A stretch of 64,000 nucleotides of DNA, taken from NCBI GenBank assembly GCA_030704615.1, contig CM060731.1, forward strand, positions 89,032,001-89,096,000. The letters are read 5' to 3'. Below are positions 11,685-24,800 of the stretch, piece by piece. A program made the translations under genes and the position numbers. The notes beneath the pieces were generated by a model that had not been told where the DNA came from, searched no databases, and saw only the letters and a program-made list of their open reading frames with translations. Position 1 is the stretch's first letter. Every line of letters begins with the position of its first letter. This stretch comes from Takakia lepidozioides. Lineage: Eukaryota; Plantae; Bryophyta.

Positions 11685-13019
11685 CTAGTAGTTGACACGT
11701 AGGATAGAGGGCAGGTTAGCTGCCCAAAAACTGAAAACCACGAGTGTGGCAGACTCTAGGTGTTCCACGTGGCTGGGGCCAGGCCCAATGACAAATTGGG
11801 AAATGCCACCTCATAGCTGACTCGATTACCTATCCAACGAGCCTAAACATGCCCAAATCAGGCTTAACCCCATTGATAACCAGATACTTTTCTAAACCAA
11901 ACTTATCTAATTTGGGTCCCTTCGCCTTTAGGGGTTAAGTCTGGAAGGTGAACTACTGTAGATGAAGTTACGATATTTGAATCTAAAAGGGGGTCATTTT
12001 ATGATCTAATCAGCCCTAATCGCTATGGCTATTCTCTCATTAGCGACATTACATTAATAACTGCACACTATAGACTCCCATGAGCATTGGAGGGTTTTGT
12101 TTTCACTGGCTGGACCCATGTTCAATGTAACATACAAGCTATCGAAAAGCCCACAGATAAACCAAGAAACGAGGATGATAAACCAAGAAATGAAGATGTT
12201 TGTGCAAACACTTAGCAAAAGATTATTCATCCATCAAGATATGGTTGAATTGGTGTATTATCAGAGATTGCATATTGACCACAATGGTCAAGTTTGTCAC
12301 GTATGCTTGATCCAATTTTCTTCACTGAAAGTCTCAATTTGCACCTTGGATATCTGAAGAGTTGAAGGCTTGGATATCTAGACGTCTTGATTGTGGGTCA
12401 TCTCCAAGGCAAATCTTCAATGAACACAAGAAAAAGTGGTTAAACCAAAATGATCTCGGCGAAACGGCTGTCAGGTTAGGGAGAAATTCTACACACCCCC
12501 CACTTGCGCAGGGTGGCGCGTCTCCCAACACCCTTTATTGCGCCCCCTCCACCCTAAAAGCACCCCCCAATAAGTGCCCCAAGTTTAGAAGTGGGATGAC
12601 GATTAAACTATGATCCAAGAATTAACTAGGGCCACAGTGAATGAACCGGGGCCAAATTAAACATGGGAAAGGGTATTAAGAGGGCTCAGAAACCGCAGTT
12701 CCCATTTATGGGGAGTTTAATTAGTGCATCGTCCTGGTGGGACCGAGGAGCAGAGGTGGTTTGGAGAAGTATGTCGTCGCAGACCAGCCGCCGCCACCGT
12801 CACGGCCACCGTCGTCACCACGGATGTACTTACGAGCGCCATCGCCTTGAATGCATGATGGGGAATCTTAAAGCTATAGCAAGGAAGAGGGGGCCTGCAC
12901 AGGATGAGGGGAAAGGTGAGGAGGGTGCGTGCAAGTAAAGAAGCGTCAAACCAAAAACATGAAATGAAAGGAGGAAGACAAGAAGCAGGAAGCAGGAAGC
13001 GAAAGTGAAATTTTTGCAA

Positions 13020-13700
13020 GCCACTGTCACGATCGGCGTTGGAGGAGGAGATATTGATGAGGATTGTTTTGGGAAAATGGAATATTTCATACATGAAGCT
13101 GCGTGGCCGGTTTGTGCACTTTAGAAAAAAATGGCGCTCTCTTGCACATGCACATTCAGATGGTTTGTCAGGTATACACTTCCAGCATTCAAATGCTTCA
13201 CAAACAGAGATTCAAAATTTTTTTGGGATGGTTAGATCCAGAACTGGAGCCACCTGGTCATGTGGTGCACTGCAAGTTATTGAGGGATAAGGGGCTCCAT
13301 ACTTTTGTCGGCAAGGAACCATGCACCCTGCAACAGGATACAACTGTCCAGATCGCAACATATGAAGAAGGACATCTGAAAGTGTGGCTGCAATTTGTCT
13401 CCGCATCTTATGTTTCAGCCACATTTGTGGGCGTTCCAAAACATTCTGATGCGACAAACAAACCCGATTTTTTGATGCTGGCACTCTATATTTTATATAC
13501 TCATCCATCCCCTGTTGCATCTGTTCAGCAGTCACACCCTTATGCACAAACCGAAAGTGAGGTTCATCGGTATCTTTCATGCAGTACCCTAAAAAATAGT
13601 GGTATGGATTTCAATCGTTCGCAGTCCATTTGGAAGTCCATGGTTTCGCCGCAGTACCTGGACCTCGTGGATATAGCTGCCATTAATTTATTATGGGATG
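13020..13700 (+). mobile_element. Replitron HUH-endonuclease transposase remnant with an inverted central segment
   Basis: ATVTIGVGGGDID, GLCTLEKNGALLHMHIQ (HUH motif) and LRDKGLHTFVG on +. LGYCMKD (YxxK)...LLHMLRSGQLYP on - (13311-13592). GMDFNRSQSIWKSMVSP on + again. Termini not identified. Confidence 0.8.
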
Positions 13701-15404
13701 GTGCAGTCATGGTGTAATAAATGAAGTCATTTATTGAAGTAGAAAATGCGGCAATGGTGTCGACCAATGTGTCTGCAGGGCGAACGTGCCTACGGTGGTA
13801 GCGTGCGCGAAGAGATGCACACTAGAACACATGATGAGAAAGTGAATGTCCTACATGAACTGGAATATACGCGGGCTGCGGGCCGGTGAGTGCATGTGGA
13901 ACCTCAGATGCACACTGTTCTTCTTCTTCAGAATGTTTGGAATGTGAAGAAGCTTCTTGTCAAGAAGGTGTGGAATGCGAAGAAGATTCTGCCACTGCAC
14001 CAAACATATCCGAACGGCCCAAATCCTGAAGCCTTGGAACAGGGGGGAGATGCCTCGTAGAATAATGAATAAGCTCCCCGTGCATCGGAAAGCCCCCATG
14101 CTTGTGCAAGTGCCTCAACCCACATATCTTAGGGCTACTGGCCAAAAAGTATAGGCAAACATAGGTGCACATGGAGAAGTCATGGGCAAGGGCAATCATA
14201 TGAAGGGAGGCTCTGATTGGCGAAATATTTTTTGTGCTTACACAAACCTGCCCACTATAGTACAACTGGAGCGATTGACAATTCAACGGTTCAGATCTTT
14301 TCAACGAATTTTCTAATATGGTTTTGTGCTTGCTCCTTTGAAATTGGGAAATTTGACCCCCCAAATTGGCCATACAAAGCAGCCCACATGAGAACATAGA
14401 AAAAGCTGAAATTTTCAGGGCTGTCTTACCTGGCAGGGTACAAGATTCTGGTTTGTGACATGTCAAAAAATTTCACAGCCGGGAAATTTGATAAGAAAAG
14501 CTGTGTTTTTTATCCCATTGTAAATAGGAACCAACTTTCAACATTATAATCTTGCAATCCGGCGGGTCGATTTGGACCAGACTTTTTGTGGTCATAGCTG
14601 GAGTAGGTAAGAACATATTACAATGGTCCATTTTACAGGGCCTGAGGAAATCTCAAGATATAAATTATTTAGTGGGGAAGGGTCAATTTTTTGGGGGTGG
14701 ACCCAAAAATTGGAGTTAGTCCTTTAGGGGTTAAGGCCTTTGTTTGGCCTTAATCCGGCCAGTAGGTTATCTGGAAATGCTTAAGAACGTTGTTAGATCC
14801 ACGGTGATGGGGCCATGTAGCCTAATTAGTAGGTAGCGCCGTTTTCCAACTATCACTGTCACCCTATCACTGTCTCTCTCTTTGACTTGGCAAGGAGTAC
14901 TACCAACATATCTATGGTTTATGACATGTTTTTGAATCATACTCCACTGTAGCAACGTTCTTCCCATGTAGTCTGCGCTGCCCCATGAGCCTGCTTGAGT
15001 TGCCGAGATTCTTGACCTGCATGAGGAAGGGCCCAGATAATTCAGAACCGAAATGCAAGAAGAAGTCCACCAACTTCAGGTACGATGCTCTTAACTTCGG
15101 GGCCTTCAGTTTTGTAAGCCCAGAGGAGGTCGTAAGTGTCTATCATCCACACCCTTGCAATGTTCACTCGCACATTTGACTTGGCAAATATCTAAGGAGA
15201 GATGGTCGGTGATTGTTTACCTGCACCCTACGAACAAACATCCTGGAAATCCCAGGGTTCTGCAATTTTCAGATGCGGATTTCACATCAGTTGAAGGGTA
15301 ATGCTGTTTCATCAGACCGTCATATCTTTCATGGGTGGAATCAGGCATGTTATTGCAGCCTTCACCTCTAGGTGGTCTCACCTCAGGAATATTGCAAAAT
15401 TTCG

Positions 15405-15825
15405 ATGAGTGGCGATGAAGGGACAAGATACAGAACACGGCGTCGCGCCCCTTACCACATGGAGCACGACATTAGATCTGAAACACCGACCGACAGTGGA
15501 GCTTCTCTAAATGGGAGAGGGCAGACAGTCAGGAGGCATCTTCTGAAAACAGGGATGAATACGGCAGGGTCACCGCAGTATAACGGTGATAAGGATGCTG
15601 AAGGAGAGGAGTCCCAAGACATCAAGAGCTCCCTGGAGGAGAGTGTTTCAGGGGAGTCTCCCGAACGGCTGCATTCAGTGTACGAAGAGACAGGGCTGAA
15701 GCAGCATGGAATAGACTCGTTGCAGAAAGCAGCGGCTTTGTTGGCCAGCTTCCCATGTCTGTTTCAGGGTTTTTGTGATCCCTGTTCTCTCCTCCTTCAC
15801 AAACGTCTCCTCCTTCTCTCCTCAG
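15405..15825 (+). CDS. ALKBH9: ALKBH9 exon 1 (ends at a probable GC donor)
   Basis: ATG at 15405. LKQHGIDSLQKAAALLASFPCLFQGFCDPCSLLLHKRL resembles the CxxC-containing N-terminal motif of ALKBH9B. CAG|GCATGT gives phase 1, matching exon 2. Confidence 0.65.
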
Positions 15826-18800
15826 GCATGTGAACTTCCACCCTCTTTTTGCTAGTTTGATAATTTGCAGGTTTAACTCCAGGCATAAGAGGCATCTCTC
15901 TCTTCGCCCACACACAACACCCAATTCAAACATCCAACCCTCATTGCCCAAGTTGAAAGGGTGGTACAAGTGGAGAGAGGTCAGAAGGATCAGACTGAAT
16001 GGAATAGAGTGTAGCTCATAGTGTCTCCTTGGTGTTTATGGACTAATGGCTGTTATTGCAGGTGGGTATTTTTTAATGACCATCTGCTGTGTGACCTTGG
16101 AGTTTTCTTCCCTCTCCCTTGGCACCCAACATCACCTTGAGCCTCCTGTCAGAGAGAAAATATGCAGCTGGTATGGTGACCTTCAATGTAGGCCTTTGTG
16201 AGGTTAACCAAGAACCAGCTATAGTGCAGCCACTGTGCACTAATCACTTCACTATTTGCTTGGAAGCAGATCCTTTGTTGCACCAAAGTCTACCACAATA
16301 TTGAAACACTTGTGGTTCCAGTTTCTCCTCTACTAAAATCAGACTTTATTTGCAGGGTTGGGAACTGTAGTAATTATCCATGTAGGCCTAATTAGACTGT
16401 TTCTGACTTGGGCCCGTCATCCAGCAGAATTTCCAGAAGGGATCTCATCAGGAACCTGTACTATTGAAACATTGGATATATAGTCCCTGCCTGAAAGTTC
16501 GCAAGTCTGTCATGGTAACCAAAATTTTCCTTGTGAGTAATATACTTACAGCCACACTTCCAGATAGTACAATCTGTTATACTTGTGTCTTAGCAGGTCA
16601 GATGGGAATTCCCAAAGGACAAGGAAGCTGTGGCCATAGTAGCAACAACACATCCGGTGGAAGAGCTGATTTGGAGCTAGTTGAAGAGGATGGCACCTCA
16701 TTGCAAATGGACATGGCCCACTTTCTGAATCAGGCGGCTTCTATTGTGGATGAAACTTCTTCAGCCCATGAAGCACAGAGTGTTTCTGCAAATGAGGACA
16801 CGAACAACTCCTCTCATGAAAATAAAGGTATAGTTTCGCAACGAATCTATTTTTGGTACTGTCGAGATGGTGGAAAAGTTGTCACTTGAGCAGTTTAGCA
16901 TGACTTCAATTTCTCACAGTAAATTTCAAATGATGTGTTACAAACTTCCGAAATTCTTGTGTTTTGTTTTTAATTGTAATGGAAATCTGAAATTCTTGAG
17001 TGTGTTAGGTCGAGTCTTTGCTATTCAAAAGCTGGTGTCTCCTCTAAATCTTTTGCTTCAGATCCTTCTTCACTCTCTTGTTTAGATATAACGGTTTCAG
17101 CTGAATTTTAGAAGTTCGTTAACTACTTACATGCCTCAGTAACAACTTTGTATTCGTTCACAAGAAGCACTATGTTGCTAACTTATTGAACTGCAGATAC
17201 TAATTAACAAGTAAACCTCATGGAGAGTAGCATTTTGTAGAGCCATGCAAAGTTTGTGAAGTCTTGTGGTCTCAATCTTCAGACATTTGGCAAGAAGCTT
17301 CCTTTCTTTGTGTAGCCCGATAGTGTCGTAAAATTCCTTTAAATCCCATATTTATCAATGCTGCCTGCAATACTTCCTCATGGAAAGTCTTATGTGGCAA
17401 TGTTCTTTCTACAAAGCACACTTCTTTCTGTAATGAACGACCTCTGGAAGTCGTTTCTCCCTAAAATGGATGTCCCTTCAGAAAATAGCTGGGTTTTGAA
17501 GGGTTCTCTGAAGTAGTTGAACTATTAAAGTACTTCAACCGTTCCAGATCGGTCAGAGAGAAAGTTGTTCCCCTAGTCTAAGAAACGATGTCATTGAATG
17601 AAACAGTCAGTACAGAGCTCTCTGTGAGCTGTGCCATGATTACTTTACAATCCGGCGATTTCTCAACATTATACACTAAGGTCACTTGCTTGATGTAAAG
17701 GTGAGGCTGCATAAGTTGGTGTCTTAAGTTTTGACTTTATGTTTCTTAATTATAGATATGGACTTGGTCTTGTTCATAAAACAGTGGTAAACTGCCATTA
17801 CCTTTTGGCTAAAGAGCTGAGATGAACTTAAATTCATCTTCATTGTTTCAAAGTTGCTGGTTGGACTGCTTGGTTGACAACGTATGTAACCTATCTCTAA
17901 GCAATCTATTGGGATTTGAACGGGTGTCAATGGTGCTGTGTTCTTCTATCTCTTGACATATGAGTTTGAGTTTATGGAACGCTTGATTGACCTTAAAACC
18001 CGCCTAAGAAAAATATCTATGGTAAGCAGGTCTGTTGATGATTTTTTGGTTCCTGATCTTCCAGAGGATTCTGATTTCATGTTGAAAGAGTTCTAACTTG
18101 CAGCATTTATCCCAAAGACTCTGTAGTTGGAATGTATGTAACTTCAGTTCTGAAAAATTTGACATTTTTGACAGATGCTCTCAACCTCAATATATTGTCA
18201 TTCATATGATAAGAATGCATTATATTGATTCCAGCTTTTCGAGACTTTGCAGCTCTAAGGAGTTGTTTGTCTCTCAAATGTTCATGTTATTAAAGTCGCT
18301 TCAAGATAAAGGGTATGCTTTGGACCTCCTTTATTTAAAATTATGAACTGTGTCCGTCCATTTCAAAGTGATCAAGAACAGACTTCGTAAGTCTTCAGTG
18401 GGGAGCTTTTTTCAGCCCACTTGTTACTTGGTTCTCTCTCTCTCTCTCTCTCTCTTCTCTTTCTCTATTTTTCCACTGCAGAGGGATCAACTCTGATATA
18501 CAAAAAACCAGGCTTTGTCGCGTTATTAGACCTGCCTTGGAGTACGCATCTGCAATATGGGTTGATAATCTAACCAGGCTAAGTCTCTAGAATTCATTCA
18601 AGTGGGGGTGCTTAAGGAGTGCATGTCAGCATGCTCCAAAGCAGCCCATGTGGCTGTTCGGGGTGAGTTTGGCATCCCTTCCTTCAGCTCCCGACAAGAT
18701 GAATTCAAGGTCAGATGGTGGGGTCAGCTGCAACATATGTCCAACATCTGATATCCTAAGTTAATCGACTGTATATCTTGGAAGCAGGATCGCCCTGTCG

Positions 18801-21800
18801 AACAGGCTAAGTCCTGGCAGAAGAGAGAAGAAGAGATCCTCAAGGATCTGAATCTTAGCCCTCAAGTCGCCCGCTGGATAAATCTGACTCAGGGGCTGGA
18901 GTGTCCAAAGCCATGTCGTTGCCAGGAAATTGTCTGATGAAAATGAAGTTGGGCAGAAAACTTCCCTGAACTTGTTTCCAGTCTGTGACATGGGGGAGGA
19001 CATGACGGATGACCTCAAGGGTCTACCCACTCTTGGCACTAGACTGAAATTGAAACTCAGGGCGGGAAGCCTACCTTTGAACAGCAAACAGAAGCAAAGA
19101 GGAAAGGGAGAGTGCAATTGCCCGTTGTGTGGGCAACTTGAAGACAATATTCATTTTCTGAGTCCGGGGTTCTCTCACCAGAGAGACGCTCTCTTCAAAT
19201 CTATCAAGGGAATTGTGCCTGTACCTCTGTTTACCAACTTTGAAAGTCTCGAGGCTGAGCCAAAAGCCCAGGCCCTTTTGGGGCCTAGTTATTGGGCAAA
19301 CCACACACAGCAGGTTGATGTTTGTGTAAAGGGATTTCTAGAGGATATCTGGAAAACCGGGATCAATTGTTTCTTCCAAGGTAAGTCTTACTACCGGCGT
19401 CAGCCCCTGACAAAGGTAGGTTCTGTCCCTTTGTGTTTGCTCAAACTGGGTGTGGGGTCAATGGCCACAAGGCTACGGCAAACAATGTCTTATGAGTACA
19501 TTCTCTCTCTCTCTCTCTCTCAACTGAAACTGAAGAACACTTCTTCTATTACCCTCTATACTACGAGATCTGTGGGAGATTCCACTGTCTATTCCGCGGA
19601 ACCCAATCTCTCACTGAAGTCTTCCACTATGAGGATCAGAAATGTTGGCAGATTACTTGCACGAGGCCTTCACCCTTAGACAATCCCTTGAGAAATGGTT
19701 TTTATTTTAGGCTCTGGTTTTGTTTCCTCTCTCACGTTTTCTTCCATTTTGTCCCATAAGCTCTATGAGCTTTCCGCGGACGTTATAAAGGACCATTTCA
19801 GTTGATTTCATTCATCTCATTTCTCTCTCTCTGTTTGTGGTTGTTATGTCTGGTGTTGTCTACTATGATGTGAGCTAAAACTTTGTACTGGCTGAGTTTT
19901 GTTTGACACAGAAACTCAGTCTGTACCCTCTGTTGGGAACTGATGAAGTCAGTGGGAAGTTGTAACAGCTGGTCATTGCTATATATGATGTAGTTGATTG
20001 TCTTGTTCTCTTGGATTGAGCCGCTAAGTGATGAGGACAGCTTTCTTTCTTATTTCCTTCACCTTTTTGGTTGTTTCTTTCCCGTGAGGTTTTGTCCTGG
20101 TCAAATTCTCTTTGCTAAGTGATGAGGACAGCTTTCTTTCTCATTTCCTTTGCCTTTTGGTTGTTTCTTTCCCGCGAGGAAGTGATCTTAAGTGGCAGTG
20201 GGGTAGCCAAGAGATCCCGGTCCTCCCTTCCTACACTTACCTGGGCGTTGAGTTCTCCTCCAATTGTAATTGGGATGCACATATCCGGAAAGTTGTTCAA
20301 ACTGGCAAGGGCAAAGCTCTGGGGCTCACTAAATTGTTCCACTGCAGAGGGGTCAACTCTGAGGTTAAGAAAACCATGCTTTGTCGCGTTATTAGACCTG
20401 CCTTGGAGTACGGATCTGCTATATGGGTTGATAAACTCCAACCAGGCTAAGTCTCTAGAATCCATTCAAGTGGGGGTGCTTAAGGAGTGTATGTCAGCAT
20501 GCTTCAAAACAGCCAATGTGGCTGTTCGGGGTGAGTTTGGCATTCCGTCCTTAAGCTCCCGACGAGATGAATTCAAGGTCAGATGGTGGGGTCAGCTGCA
20601 ACATATGTCCAACACCAGATATCCTAAATTAATCGACTCTATATCTTGGAAACAGGACCGCCCTGTCAAACAGGCTAAGTCCTGGCAGAAGAGAGTAGAA
20701 GAGATCCTCAAGGACCTGGACCTGGATCTGCAAGTCTTGACCCTGCTGGATAAATCTGACTTAGAGGCTGTACCATGACTGTTGCCATGAGATTGTCTGA
20801 TGAAAATGAAGTTAGGCAGAAAACTTCCCTGAACTTGTTTCCAGTCTGTGACATGGGGGAGGACATCTTGGATGACCTCAAGGGTCTACCCACTCTCGGC
20901 ACTAGACTGAAATTTAAACTCAGGGCAGGAAGCCTACCTTTGAACAGCAAACAGAAGCAGAGAGGAAAGGGAGAGTGCAATTGCCCGTTGTGTGGGCAAT
21001 CTGAAGACAGTATTCATTTTCTGATACACTGTCCGGGGTTCTCTCACCAAAGAGACGCTCTCTTCAAATCTATTAAGGGAATTGTGCCTGTACCCCTGTT
21101 TACCAACTTTGAAAGTCTCGAGGCTGAGCCAAAAGCCCAGGCCCTCCTGAGGCCTAGTTTTTGGGCAAATCACACACAGCAGATTGATGCTTGTGTGAAG
21201 GGATTTCTAGAGGATATCTGGAAAACCCGGATTAATTCTTTATATGGAGGAAAGTCTTACTACCAATGTCAGCCCCTGACAGAGGTAGGTTCTGTCCCTT
21301 TTGTTCCCGCTCAAACTGGGTGCGGGGTCAATGGCCACAAGGCTACGGCAAACAACGTCTTATGAGTACAAGCTTTCCTGCGAGGTTTTGTCCTGGTGCC
21401 TTTGTTTTCATCTTGAATTCTCTTCTTTGCCTTGGATGTGGCTATCTTCTTATTCTTTGGTCCTTTCTCAAATGTGAGTTCAGAGTTTACTAGGCTCTCA
21501 CATTGATATATGTTTTTAGTCTGGCGCTTGAAAGGTAGGTGCGCCACGCTGTATTGTTGGCTTCTGGATGGCTGGATCCTCCCTGTTAGCATGTGTGGTT
21601 TTTCGAGAGGGAGATGTTTTCAACTGTCTCTTGTAGACATGGGGTTCACCTTGGGATTGACCCAATTGTCCCTTGGATACATTGACATGCCTGTGAGAGC
21701 GTGTACTGCAAGGGTATCAAATTGACCCCAAAATTGTCATAGCAGTCAAGCAATGCCAATGGCAGTCCTTCATAGGGGTTGACAGATTGAAGATGGGCTG

Positions 21801-24800
21801 TCATTCATATCTTGTAGGGAGCATGAGGGTACCCATGTTGCAGTGCATGGCTACTCACAAGGTAGCAAGAATGGAACCAATTTGTGCAGAGAATGTACTC
21901 ATAAGACGCTGTTTGCCGTAGCCTTATTTGTGTAGCTTGTTTGTGTAAGAGAGAAAGGGAGCAAGAGAGGAACTTTTTTGGTATTACTCTGGTGGTACCC
22001 TGACTCTTGTACACTACCAGCTTACACCTCATGGGGGATATGTACCAATGCTTACTGTAGCCTCATGCTGTAGACCTTGTGCATGCACATGAGTATGACT
22101 GCATTCTTCCCTTCTGACTTCTTTGCCAGTGCATAAAACTTTACTGACCAGTTGATGGTCAGGGGCATTTGTATGAAGTAGCTCGTGTGCTTTATTTGCG
22201 TAAAACTCAGTGAATTGACCTGAAATGGATAACTGGAAGTCATTCTCAGTAAAAATTGCATGAGTCAGCTGATATTGACTAGGAGCATCAATTCAAACTG
22301 TGACTTTTTTTGTTTCTGAGTGCCCGCCAGGCCCGTTTGGGAAATGGCAATTAGAAGTAGTTCAAAGCATTTTGGTTGTCAAGTATTGCCATTGTTGTGG
22401 CTCGCTTGGCCCTTGTGTGCATGGATTGTCGGGGGTCGCCTGTATTAAATTCTGGTCTGGCTTGACTTGGGTTCCCCTTGCATTTTGCAATCGCAATACC
22501 TGTTAGTTTCCCGTCAGTGCTTGCACGTAATATTTGGTGTTACTGGTCAAGCATCTTTGACAGTTTACTCAATTGATGACTTTGGGTTCCAAACATGCGT
22601 CTGCAGATTTATTTGCTGTCACCAGTGATATACATGAGGGACTGGAGGTGAGCATTTCCCAACCCGGCACTGACAGGCGGCGTCCAGCTGTTGGGCTAGA
22701 AGCACGTGAAGAGAGTGAAGACAAATCAGCCCTCAAAACATCATCCCCACAAAGCAGGGAACATATGAGGGCAGGGAAAGAAAGGTTACGGGCAGAGAAA
22801 GAACGGTTACGGTTGTTGGGCCTCAAGCGAAAGAAGGACTTTGTGTGCATGGAACGCATCCAAGGAAGACTTGTTAATGTGGCAGAAGGGCTTGAGCTTC
22901 ATACCGGGGTTTTTAGTGTGGTTGAGCAGGCCAGATTGGTCAACATGGTCCATGAATTTCAGAACAAGGGGCGTCGGCAGGAACTACATGGTATGTGATG
23001 CTGGAGTATTTGACAGTCCTACTTACACAATTACTGCCTTCGACTGAATTCAAAGTAAACCCTTATGTGCATTACCATGTTCAAGCAAACACTAGCTGCT
23101 TAGTACTTACATGGGAAGTTCTCGCAGGTGGATGTCCCTTGCAAGGTGAAGGTCCTCTGCAAACTCTATCTTGAGATGTGAATGTTGGAGTCTCTAACAG
23201 TGTGTTATTGTGTTTGCAAAGTGGGAAAGTCACACTAGACACCTAAAACCACGTTTATGTGGATATCCCTATGTGCAGTGCAATTGCAGACCTAGATCTA
23301 GATGAAGAGATGTACTCATAACAGTTTAGTTGTCCTGGACTTGTTGCCATAAGTCTAGTGAAAATGTGGACAAAACTGGAAAGATAGGGACAGAGGGTAC
23401 TGGTCTGAGAGGATGGGACTGCATTTAAGCTAGAGAATTTTCAAGGATTGCAGAGCGTACATACAGTGAACCGCGCAAATGGATGCGAGGAAAAGGCCGA
23501 ATCACTATTCAGTTCGGCTGTTGCTACAACTATGCAGTGGTCAGTACCCTTCTGTCTTCCCGGCAACCCTTGCATGCCCAATCTTGTCAAATATTATGAA
23601 ATGGTCTTGCGGGCGGTGTAGTGTTATAAGGAGTAATCAATATGCTAAAATAATATATGATAATTGTTTGGGTAAGAATAAAGAACTTGGTTTAGTCATC
23701 CCACGGGCATGGAAATGCTACCTCTCTTAGTCACAAAGGAGATATCTGTACTGGGAATAAAATATTTGTTTTTCTTATTTCAGCCAAACATTGGTAATCT
23801 CTTTAACTTGGTGTTGAAAAACTGGCTACAAAATTGGCTAAAATCAGCACCTTGTCACTCTGTACAAGTTTTGAGGGTTCAATGAATTAACTGCCCTCTG
23901 AGGTTGTTTGTCAGACCGGTGTTTTTTTATTTTTCGCTTACCTCAAAAACAGTATCACTGGAGTTTGGATGCATTGAAGATCGGCTGTGTATATAAGTAA
24001 CCATGTGTCTGAAGTGAGCTTCTAGTGGATTTGCAAAAAGTGATTTGCGACTTACCAAACCTGAATAGTGCTTAAACAGTTCCAGTGTGAAGATGTAGAT
24101 ATGTCTTATGTGCTCTGCATCATTTTCCACGTGTGCTTTTTGCAAAGTTCTTGCAGTAGAGCACCACCATATACGGCACCTGTCTCATCTATGTTCTAGT
24201 AGATCATCTTCTTGGCTTGCCTATAGCTTTCAGGTTTTTACCTGTAGAGTTTTTGTAGGTGTGTTGGTTAGGGACAAGATCTGGTACTATGTGGTAAAGA
24301 ATGCAGCCACTGGTGGGTAACATGTCTTGTCCTGTTTGACTCGCAGCATTTTAATCAGCACTTGCGAGATTGGTGCTTGTCAGTCATGCGTGGCTTTGCT
24401 GTTGGTTTTTGGTCTGGAGTACTTGAGCTTCTAGTTCTTGCCACCCTACCTGAGGTTTTTTCAGTGTTGGAACACTTTGCTATTGGGTGGTATCAGGACA
24501 AGTATGGGAACCTGCCAGGGATCTTCCGTGAGGAAGCCTTTGACCCCATTCCGTCACTGTTGCGGAACGTGGTAAAGTGCTTAGTCCGGTGGCACGTATT
24601 GCCTCCAACATGCGTGCCAGACAGCTGTATTATCAACATCTATGAAGAGGGAGACTGCATCCCACCGCACATAGATCATCATGATTTTCTGCGTCCTTTC
24701 TGCACACTCTCCCTCCTCAGCGTATGCGACATTGTCTTCGGGTCCAATCTCAAGGTTGTGGGCCCTGGGGAGTTTGATGGGCCTCTCTCTATTCCTTTGC

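Noticed and set aside
11864-14735. piggyBac-like ends (CCTTTAGGGGTTAA at about 11924 and 14721)
   Set aside because: Both motifs are in the same orientation, there is no convincing inverted partner, and no piggyBac transposase is present.
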